A stretch of 64,000 nucleotides of DNA from Eutreptiella sp. 'Long Island Sound 2002' (lineage: Eukaryota > Protista > Euglenida), in contig OZ038378.1 of assembly GCA_964036045.1 (NCBI GenBank), positions 6,014,001 through 6,078,000 of the forward strand, given 5' to 3'. A program made the translations under genes and the position numbers. The notes beneath the pieces are model-generated. The model made no database searches and was not told the origin of the DNA. It saw only the letters and a list, made by a program, of their open reading frames with translations. The stretch's first letter is position 1. Each line of letters opens with the position of its first letter. Of the stretch, positions 38,144-49,200 are shown in pieces.

Positions 38144-41100
38144 CTGCAGGATGCCGACCTGCAACGGGGCTCGTGGGTATGTTCTTGGAATCCCCAAGCT
38201 AGCAGGCATCAAAAATGCCGAAAATACCTTTCTATTGTTGCGGCCCCAAAAGCAAATGAGAATCAAATTGTCACCTCCGAGATTGTGCCTAGGTTCCGCC
38301 CCCACTAGCGGCGTTCGGCCTCCAACCGCCGCCTGCGTTCGTCGGCTAGAGCCCCTAGGGAGTTGCGTTTGTATTTTTGTGTTGTCGTGTTTTTTTGTAT
38401 TTGGGTGTGTGCATTTTTTGTGTGGCGTTGCTCCCATAGGAAGAACAGATTGGCAGTGAAGGCTCACTTCTCGAGGTCATGAAGCTCAGCCTTCTCGGAT
38501 CACAACAATGAGGGCAACTGCAAGTGGCAACAAGACCCCCACGGGCTCCGGCTCCCCAAAGTGTGGAAGAATCAAAGCAGCTACATTACCATTGGCTTGT
38601 CAGTGTTCGCAGAGTGGCAAAGCACCTTGCACCACGCTCTCTTTTCTTTCTTTGCCGGCCGCCCTTTCAAGAAAAGGTTTCGTTCCATCACTGGTGAGTA
38701 GACATTAGAAATTGCGTGTACGATGTGACGAGATGTTTGTGGAATACAACACCGGCAACTTTATCTATCAGCACCATCACAGGAGACGGGATGAGCCATA
38801 TGACATGTTTTGAATGCGGCGGGAACGGACACATGACATGCAATTGTCTTTCAAAAGGTGAGACACACCGCACAACGCCGCAACACATGGGTGGCAGAGC
38901 AGTTGGGACATTCCCCAACGGAAGCGCAAAATATTGGTGCGATGAATTGTAGAAATATGTCATGAGCAAACGAGAGGACCGTTGGGCTGCGTGCTGTGGT
39001 CACGGGAGGGGCGGACCTGGATATATGCGATCCTCATTGTATCCGATGAAAACTATCGCGGTAGAGGTCGGGGAAATTGTGGCCGAGGCGCTGCCACAAC
39101 TTGCGCGCTCTTTGTTGGAAATGAACACCAAACAACGTACCATGGGAAAGTTCCACCGCAAAGCAACGGCCGAGGACGTGCAACTACCTTCTCACATGCC
39201 CCATAGTGAGGAGCAATACAAGTGACTGCAGGATGCCGACCTGCAACGGGGCTCGTGGGTATGTTCTTGGAATCCCCAAGCTAGCAGGCATCAAAAATGC
39301 CGAAAATACCTTTCTATTGTTGCGGCCCCAAAAGCAAATGAGAATCAAATTGTCACCTCCGAGATTGTGCCTAGGTTCCGCCCCCACCAGCGGCGTTCGG
39401 CCTCCAACCGCCGCCTGCGTTCGTCGGCTAGAGCCGCTAGGGAGTTGCGTTTGTATTTTTGTGTTGTCGTGTTTTTTTGTATTTGGGTGTGTGCATTTTT
39501 TGTGTGGCGTTGCTCCCATAGGAAGAACAGATTGGCAGTGAAGGCTCACTTCTCGAGGTCATGAAGCTCAGCCTTCTCGGATCACAACAATGAGGGCAAC
39601 TGCAAGTGGCAACAAGACCCCCACGGGCTCCGGCTCCCCAAAGTGTGGAAGAATCAAAGCAGCTACATTACCATTGGCTTGTCAGTGTTCGCAGAGTGGC
39701 AAAGCACCTTGCACCACGCTCTCTTTTCTTTCTTTGCCAGCCGCCCTTTCAAGAAAAGGTTTCGTTCCATCACTGGTGAGTAGACATTAGAAATTGCGTG
39801 TACGATGTGACGAGATGTTTGTGGAATACAACACCGGCAACTTTATCTATCAGCACCATCACAGGAGACGGGATGAGCCATATGACATGTTTTGAATGCG
39901 GCGGGAACGGACACATGACATGCAATTGTCTTTCAAAAGGTGAGACACACCGCACAACGCCGCAACACATGGGTGGCAGAGCAGTTGGGACATTCCCCAA
40001 CGGAAGCGCAAAATATTGGTGCGATGAATTGTAGAAATATGTCATGAGCAAACGAGAGGACCGTTGGGCTGCTTGCTGTGGTCACGGGAAGGGCGGACCT
40101 AGATATATGCGATCCTCATTGTATCCGATGAAAACTATCGCGGTAGAGGTTGGGGAAATTGTGGCCGAGGCGCTGCCACAACTTGCGCGCTCTTTGTTGG
40201 AAATGAACACCAAACAACGTACCATGGGAAAGTTCCACCACAAAGCAACGGCCGAGGACGTGCAGCTACCTTCTCACATGCCCCATAGTGAGGAGCAATA
40301 CAAGTGACTGCAGGATGCCGACCTGCAACGGGGCTGGTGGGTATGTTCTTGGAATCCCCAAGCTAGCAGGCATCAAAAATGCCGAAAATACCTTTCTATT
40401 GTTGCGGCCCCAAAAGCAAATGAGAATCAAATTGTCACCTCCGAGATTGTGCTTGGCTCCCGCCCCCACCAGCGGCGTTCGGCCTCCAGCCGCCGCCTGC
40501 GTTCGTCGGCTAGAGCCGCTAGGGAGTTGCGTTTGTATTTTTGTGTTGTCGTGTTTTTTTGTATTTGGGTGTGTGCATTTTTTGTGTGGCGTTGCTCCCA
40601 TAGGAAGAACAGATTGGCAGTGAAGGCTCACTTCTCGAGGCCATGAAGCTCAGCCTTCTCGGATCACAACAATGAGGGCAACTGCAAGTGGCAACAAGAC
40701 CCCCACGGGCTCCGGCTCCCCAAAGTGTGGAAGAATCAAAGCCGCTACATTACCATTGGCTTGTCAGTGTTCCCAGAGTGGCAAAGCACCTTGCACCACG
40801 CTCTCTTTTCTTTCTTTGCCGGCCGCCCTTTCAAGAAAAGGTTTCGTTCCATCACTGGTGAGTAGACATTAGAAATTGCGTGTACGATGTGACGAGATGT
40901 TTGTGGAATACAACACCGGCAACTTTATCTATCAGCACCATCACAGGAGACGGGATGAGCCATATGACATGTTTTGAATGCGGCGGGAACGGACACATGA
41001 CATGCAATTGTCTTTCAAAAGGTGAGACACACCGCACAACGCCGGAACACATGGGTGGCAGAGCAGTTGGGACATTCCCCAACGGAAGCGCAAAATATTG

Positions 41101-43046
41101 GTGCGATGAATTGTAGAAATATGTCATGAGCAAACGAGAGGACCGTTGGGCTGCGAGCTGTGGTCACGGGAAGGGCGGACCTGGATATATGCGATCCTCA
41201 TTGTATCCGATGAAAACTATCGCGGTAGAGGTCGGGGAAATTGTGGCCGAGGCGCTGCCACAATTTGCGCGCTCTTTGTTGGAAATGACCACCAAACAAC
41301 GTACCATGGGAAAGTTCCACCGCAAAGCAACGGCCGAGGACGTGCAGCTACCTTCTCACATGCCCCATAGTGAGGAGCAATACAAGTGACTGCAGGATGC
41401 CGACCTGCAACGGGGCTGGTGGGTATGTTCTTGGAATCCCCAAGCTAGCAGGCATCAAAAATGCCGAAAATACCTTTCTATTGTTGCGGCCCCAAAAGCA
41501 AATGAGAATCAAATTGTCACCTCCGAGATTGTGCCTAGCTTCCGCCCCCACCAGCGGCGTTCGGCCTCCAACCGCCGTTTGCGTTCGTCGGCTAGAGCCG
41601 CTAGGGAGTTGCGTTTGTATTTTTGTGTTGTCGTGTTTTTTTGTATTTGGGTGTGTGTATTTTTTGTGTGGCGTTGCTCCCATAGGAAGAACAGATTGGC
41701 AGTGAAGGCTCACTTCTCGAGGCCATGAAGCTCAGCCTTCTCGGATCACAACAATGAGGGCAACTGCAAGTGGCAACAAGACCCCCACGGGCTCCGGCTC
41801 CCCAAAGTGTGGAAGAATCAAAGCAGCTACATTACCATTGGCTTGTCCACGTTCGCAGAGTAGCAAAGCACCTTGCACCACGCTCTCTTTTCTTTCTTTG
41901 CCGGCCGCCCTTTCAAGAAAAGGTTTCGTTCCATCACTGGTGAGTAGACATTAGAAATTGCGTGTACGATGTGACGAGATGTTTGTGGAATACAACACCG
42001 GCAACTTTATCTATCAGCACCATCACAGGAGACGGGATGAGCCATATGACATGTTTTGAATGCGGCGGGAACGGACACATGACATGCAATTGTCTTTCAA
42101 AAGGTGAGACACACCGCACAACGCCGCAACACATGGGTGGCAGAGCAGTTGGGACATTCCCCAACGGAAGCGCAAAATATTGGTGCGATGAATTGTAGAA
42201 ATATGTCATGAGCAAACGAGAGGACCGTTGGGCTGCGTGCTGTGGTCACGGGAGGGGCGGACCTGGATATATGCGATCCTCATTGTATCCGATGAAAACT
42301 ATCGCGGTAGAGGTTGGGGAAATTGTGGCCAAGGCGCTGCCACAATTTGCGCGCTCTTTGTTGGAAATGACCACCAAACAACGTACCATGGGAAAGTTCC
42401 ACCACAAAGCAACGGCCGAGGACGTGCAGCTACCTTCTCACATGCCCCATAGTGAGGAGCAATACAAGTGACTGCACGATGCCGACCTGCAACGGGGCTG
42501 GTGGGTATGTTCTTGGAATCCCCAAGCTAGCAGGCATCAAAAATGCCGAAAATACCTTTCTATTGTTGCGGCCCCAAAAGCAAATGAGAATCAAATTGTC
42601 ACCTCCGAGATTGTGCCTAGCTTCCGCCCCCACTAGCGGCGTTCGGCCTCCAACCGCCGCCTGCGTTCGTCGGCTAGAGCCCCTAGGGAGTTGCGTTTGT
42701 ATTTTTGTGTTGTCGTGTTTTTTTGTATTTGGGTGTGTGCATTTTTTGTGTGGCGTTGCTCCCATAGGAAGAACAGATTGGCAGTGAAGGCTCACTTCTC
42801 GAGGCCATGAAGCTCAGCCTTCTCGGATCACAACAATGAGGGCAACTGCAAGTGGCAACAAGACCCCCACGGGCTCCGGCTCCCCAAAGTGTGGAAGAAT
42901 CAAAGCCGCTACATTACCATTGGCTTGTCAGTGTTCGCAGAGTGGCAAAGCACCTTGCACCACGCTCTCTTTTCTTTCTTTGCCGGCCGCCCTTTCAAGA
43001 AAAGGTTTCGTTCCATCACTGGTGAGTAGACATTAGAAATTGCGTG

Positions 43047-43234
43047 CTCTCTTTTGCTCGCTCGCTCATCCTCGATTGCTTCCATCTGAACATAAGAGGG
43101 AATTTCGTCTGGCCGCACTGGCATAGGTGTGTATTGACTGCAGTGCTTTTTGCGCTACAGGCTTCGGAGGTCAAGCGCAAGAAAGCGCAGGATTGGAATG
43201 CCAAGCGTGTCAAAACGCCAAGGTTTGGCCCCTC
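43047..43234 (+). other. 188-bp segment present only in array unit 8
   Basis: Lies exactly between gaaattgcgtg and tacgatgtgacg with no TSD. It contains a branch-like ttgac, a pyrimidine tract and ctacAG (43160), and its 3' part is in frame with the knuckle ORF (ORF 43127-43468). Confidence 0.9.
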
Positions 43235-46200
43235 TACGATGTGACGAGATGTTTGTGGAATACAACACCGGCAACTTTATCTATCAGCACCATCACAGGA
43301 GACGGGATGAGCCATATGACATGTTTTGAATGCGGCGGGAACGGACACATGACATGCAATTGTCTTTCAAAAGGTGAGACACACCGCACAACGCCGCAAC
43401 ACATGGGTGGCAGAGCAGTTGGGACATTCCCCAACGGAAGCGCAAAATATTGGTGCGATGAATTGTAGAAATATGTCATGAGCAAACGAGAGGACCGTTG
43501 GGCTGCGAGCTGTGGTCACGGGAAGGGCGGACCTGGATATATGCGATCCTCATTGTATCCGATGAAAACTATCGCGGTAGAGGTTGGGGAAATTGTGGCC
43601 GAGGCGCTGCCACAACTTGCGCGCTCTTTGTTGGAAATGACCACCAAACAACGTACCATGGGAAAGTTCCACCGCAAAGCAACGGCCGAGGACGTGCAGC
43701 TACCTTCTCACATGCCCCATAGTGAGGAGCAATACAAGTGACTGCACGATGCCGACCTGCAACGGGGCTGGTGGGTATGTTCTTGGAATCCCCAAGCTAG
43801 CAGGCATCAAAAATGCCGAAAATACCTTTCTATTGTTGCAGCCCCAAAAGCAAATGAGAATCAAATTGTCACCTCCGAGATTGTGCCTAGCTTCCGCCCC
43901 CACTAGCGGCGTTCGGCCTCCAACCGCCGCCTGCGTTCTTCGGCTAGAGCCGCTAGGGAGTTGCGTTTGTATTTTTGTGTTGTCGTGTTTTTTTGTATTT
44001 GGGTGTGTGCATTTTTTGTGTGGCGTTGCTCCCATAGGAAGAACAGATTGGCAGTGAAGGCTCACTTCTCGAGGCCATGAAGCTCAGCCTTCTCGGATCA
44101 CAACAATGAGGGCAACTGCAAGTGGCAACAAGACCCCCACGGGCTCCGGCTCCCCAAAGTGTGGAAGAATCAAAGCCGCTACATTACCATTGGCTTGTCA
44201 GTGTTCGCAGAGTGGCAAAGCACCTTGCACCACGCTCTCTTTTCTTTCTTTGCCGGCCGCCCTTTCAAGAAAAGGTTTCGTTCCATCACTGGTGAGTAGA
44301 CATTAGAAATTGCGTGTACGATGTGACGAGATGTTTGTGGAATACAACACCGGCAACTTTATCTATCAGCACCATCACAGGAGACGGGATGAGCCATATG
44401 ACATGTTTTGAATGCGGCGGGAACGGACACATGACATGCAATTGTCTTTCAAAAGGTGAGACACACCGCACAACGCCGCAACACATGGGTGGCAGAGCAG
44501 TTGGGACATTCCCCAACGGAAGCGCAAAATATTGGTGCGATGAATTGTAGAAATATGTCATGAGCAAACGAGAGGACCGTTGGGCTGCGAGCTGTGGTCA
44601 CGGGAAGGGCGGACCTGGATATATGCGATCCTCATTGTATCCGATGAAAACTATCGCGGTAGAGGTCGGGGAAATTGTGGCCGAGGCGCTGCCACAATTT
44701 GCGCGCTCTTTGTTGGAAATGAACACCAAACAACGTACCATGGGAAAGTTCCAGCGCAAAGCAACGGCCGAGGACGTGCAGCTACCTTCTCACATGCCCC
44801 ATAGTGAGGAGCAATACAAGTGACTGCACGATGCCGACCTGCAACGGGGCTGGTGGGTATGTTCTTGGAATCCCCAAGCTAGCAGGCATCAAAAATGCCG
44901 AAAATACCTTTCTATTGTTGCGGCCCCAAAAGCAAATGAGAATCAAATTGTCACCTCCAAGATTGTGCTTGGCTCCCGCCCCCACCAGCGGCGTTCGGCC
45001 TCCAACCGCCGCCTGCGTTCGTCGGCTAGAGCCGCTAGGGAGTTGCGTTTGTATTTTTGTGTTGTCGTGTTTTTTTGTATTTGGGTGTGTGCATTTTTTG
45101 TGTGGCGTTGCTCCCATAGGAAGAACAGATTGGCAGTGAAGGCTCACTTCTCGAGGTCATGAAGCTCAGCCTTCTCGGATCACAACAATGAGGGCAACTG
45201 CAAGTGGCAACAAGACCCCCACGGGCTCCGGCTCCCCAAAGTGTGGAAGAATCAAAGCCGCTACATTACCATTGGCTTGTCAGTGTTCGCAGAGTGGCAA
45301 AGCACCTTGCACCACGCTCTCTTTTCTTTCTTTGCCGGCCGCCCTTTCAAGAAAAGGTTTCGTTCCATCACTGGTGAGTAGACATTAGAAATTGCGTGTA
45401 CGATGTGACGAGATGTTTGTGGAATACAACACCGGCAACTTTATCTATCAGCACCATCACAGGAGACGGGATGAGCCATATGACATGTTTTGAATGCGGC
45501 GGGAACGGACACATGACATGCAATTGTCTTTCAAAAGGTGAGACACACCGCACAACGCCGCAACACATGGGTGGCAGAGCAGTTGGGACATTCCCCAACG
45601 GAAGCGCAAAATATTGGTGCGATGAATTGTAGAAATATGTCATGAGCAAACGAGAGGACCGTTGGGCTGCGAGCTGTGGTCACGGGAAGGGCGGACCTGG
45701 ATATATGCGATCCTCATTGTATCCGATGAAAACTATCGCGGTAGAGGTTGGGGAAATTGTGGCCAAGGCGCTGCCACAATTTGCGCGCTCTTTGTTGGAA
45801 ATGAACACCAAACAACGTACCATGGGAAAGTTCCACCACAAAGCAACGGCCGAGGACGTGCAGCTACCTTCTCACATGCCCCATAGTGAGGAGCAATACA
45901 AGTGACTGCAGGATGCCGACCTGCAACGGGGCTGGTGGGTATGTTCTTGGAATCCCCAAGCTAGCAGGCATCAAAAATGCCGAAAATACCTTTCTATTGT
46001 TGCGGCCCCAAAAGCAAATGAGAATCAAATTGTCACCTCCGAGATTGTGCGTAGCTTCCGCCCCCACTAGCGGCGTTCGGCCTCCAACCGCCGCCTGCGT
46101 TCGTCGGCTAGAGCCGCTAGGGAGTTGCGTTTGTATTTTTGTGTTGTCGTGTTTTTTTGTATTTGGGTGTGTGCATTTTTTGTGTGGCGTTGCTCCCATA

Positions 46201-49200
46201 GGAAGAACAGATTGGCAGTGAAGGCTCACTTCTCGAGGCCATGAAGCTCAGCCTTCTCGGATCACAACAATGAGGGCAACTGCAAGTGGCAACAAGACCC
46301 CCACGGGCTCCGGCTCCCCAAAGTGTGGAAGAATCAAAGCCGCTACAGTACCGTTGGCTTGTCAGTGTTCGCAGAGTGGCAAAGCACCTTGCACCACGCT
46401 CTCTTTTCTTTCTTTGCCGGCCGCCCTTTCAAGAAAAGGTTTCGTTCCATCACTGGTGAGTAGACATTAGAAATTGCGTGTACGATGTGACGAGATGTTT
46501 GTGGAATACAACACCGGCAACTTTATCTATCAGCACCATCACAGGAGACGGGATGAGCCATATGACATGTTTTGAATGCGGCGGGAACGGACACATGACA
46601 TGCAATTGTCTTTCAAAAGGTGAGACACACCGCACAACGCCGCAACACATGGGTGGCAGAGCAGTTGGGACATTCCCCAACGGAAGCGCAAAATATTGGT
46701 GCGATGAATTGTAGAAATATGTCATGAGCAAACGAGAGGCCCGTTGGGCTGCGAGCTGTGGTCACGGGAAGGGCGGACCTGGATATATGCGATCCTCATT
46801 GTATCCGATGAAAACTATCGCGGTAGAGGTCGGGGAAATTGTGGCCGAGGCGCTGCCACAACTTGCGCGCTCTTTGTTGGAAATGAACACCAAACAACGT
46901 ACCATGGGAAAGTTCCACCGCAAAGCAACGGCCGAGGACGTGCAGCTACCTTCTCACATGCCCCATAGTGAGGAGCAATACAAGTGACTGCACGATGCCG
47001 ACCTGCAATGGGGCTGTTGGGTATGTTCTTGGAATCCCCAAGCTAGCAGGCATCAAAAATGCCGAAAATACCTTTCTATTGCTGCGGCCCCAAAAGCAAA
47101 TGAGAATCAAATTGTCACCTCCGAGATTGTGCTTGGCTCCCGCCCCCACCAGCGGCGTTCAGCCTCCAACCGCCGCCTGCGTTCGTCGGCTAGAGCCGCT
47201 AGGGAGTTGCGTTTGTATTTTTGTGTTGTAGTGTTTTTTTGTATTTGGGTGTGTGCATTTTTTGTGTGGCGTTGCTCCCATAGGAAGAACAGATTGGCAG
47301 TGAAGGCTCACTTCTCGAGGCCATGAAGCTCGGCCTTCTCGGATCACAACAATGAGGGCAACTGCAAGTGGCAACAAGACCCCCACGGGCTCCGGCTCCC
47401 CAAAGTGTGGAAGAATCAAAGCAGCTACATTACCATTGGCTTGTCAGTGTTCGCAGAGTGGCAAAGCACCTTGCACCACGCTCTCTTTTCTTTCTTTGCC
47501 AGCCGCCCTTTCAAGAAAAGGTTTCGTTCCATCACTGGTGAGTAGACATTAGAAATTGCGTGTACGATGTGACGAGATGTTTGTGGAATACAACACGGGC
47601 AACTTTATCTATCAGCACCATCACACGAGACGGGATGAGCCATATGACATGTTTTGAATGCGGCGGGAACGGACACATGACATGCAATTGTCTTTCAAAA
47701 GGTGAGACACACCGCACAACGCCGCAACACATGGGTGGCAGAGCAGTTGGGACATTCCCCAACGGAAGCGCAAAATATTGGTGCGATGAATTGTAGAAAT
47801 ATGTCATGAGCAAACGAGAGGACCGTTGGGCTGCGTGCTGTGGTCACGGGAAGGGCGGACCTGGATATATGCGATCCTCATTGTATCCGATGAAAACTAT
47901 CGCGGTAGAGGTCGGGGAAATTGTGGCCGAGGCGCTGCCACAACTTGCGCGCTCTTTGTTGGAAATGAACACCAAACAACATACCATGGGAAAGTTCCAC
48001 CGCAAAGCAACGGCCGAGGACGTGCAACTACCTTCTCACATGCCCCATAGTGAGGAGCAATACAAGTGACTGCAGGATGCCGACCTGCAACGGGGCTGGT
48101 GGGTATATTCTTGGAATCCCCAAGCTAGCAGGCATCAAAAATGCCGAAAATACCTTTCTATTGTTGCAGCCCCAAAAGCAAATGAGAATCAAATTGTCAC
48201 CTCCGAGATTGTGCCTGGCTCCCGCCCCCACCAGCGGTGTTCGGCCTCCAACCGCCGCATGCGTTCGTCGGCTAGAGCCGCTAGGGAGTTGCGTTTGTAT
48301 TTTTGTGTTGCCGTGTTTTGTTGTATTTGGGTGTGTGCATTTTTTGTGTGGCGTTGCTCCCATAGGAAGAACAGATTGGCAGTGAAAGCTCACTTCTCGA
48401 GGCCATGAAGCTCGGCCTTCTCGGATCACAACAATGAGGGCAACTGCAAGTGGCAACAAGACCCCCACGGGCTCCGGCTCCCCAATACATTACCATTGGC
48501 TTGTCAGCGTCCGCAAAGTGGCGAAGCACCTTGCTGGAACACCGTTGCGTTCGCAGCACACCCAAATTCGGAAGGAACCAAAGAGCCTCAATAGCCCCCG
48601 CTCTCCCCGTGTACCAAAGTCCGGAAGAATTCAAAGTGGATCTATCGCCCTTGCCTTTGCAATGTCCTCCAAGTGGTGAAAAATGAAATTGGGTACTCAA
48701 CCCTTGTGTACTGGGGCTGAGTAGGTTGGGTTCCAATTCAAGTGCCTACATCACCCCTTGCTTGCAAGCGTGAGTGTGGGAACCAAATGGGTTGCATACA
48801 TCACCCTCGCCTTTGTAGTGTGCCCCAATTGGAGAGGAATCAAACTTACTACAAAACCATTGCCTCTTGGGAGGACTAAAAAGGGGGCAGATTGAAATTC
48901 GTTTATCACTCCCATGATATGCATCGGTCTCGAGGTGTTGCTTCCAGGCAGTTGTCAACGCGTACGTGGATGCAGCCAGAATTGCCGCTTTGGATCTTAT
49001 GCGAACATAGGTATATTGTTGCTCTTGCCCGGTTCAACTCCTCATAGCACGCGAAGAGATAGACATTGCCGTGCAAGTTGAGTAGCGCGTTCTTGATGAT
49101 GAATTCAATAATTTTCCTTGATTTCGATTTGAGATGGGTGCGGCAAGGTGGAGGGCAGAAGACCAAGAGAGGAGACACGAAAAAATGAGATATATGGAGT

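Larger units (their letters stand above)
35463..48534 (+). repeat. Head-to-tail tandem array, 12 units of 1082 bp
   Basis: Unit starts (acgctc..cttttctttctttgcc): 35463, 36470, 37552, 38634, 39716, 40798, 41880, 42962, 44232, 45314, 46396, 47478. Period is 1082 except unit 1 (1007, internal deletions) and unit 8 (1270, i.e. +188). The ORF track recurs with the same spacing. Confidence 0.98.

Noticed and set aside
43047-43234. 188-bp segment as a euglenid non-conventional intron or a MITE
   Set aside because: Ends (CTCTCT...CCCCTC) are not complementary, there is no TSD, and no paired CAG/CTG termini.
35463-48534. CRISPR-like array, or rDNA/5S/snRNA/spliced-leader gene array
   Set aside because: Units are ~1.1 kb and near-identical with no unique spacers. 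No recognisable 5S, U snRNA, tRNA or SL sequence; ctcggccttctcgg only superficially resembles the U2 5' end.
36002-48736. Recurring ORFs MRATASGN..., MRSNTSD..., MSLHCQ..., MLMTYF...
   Set aside because: They recur only because the unit is repeated, cross the chimeric junctions, and lack motifs.
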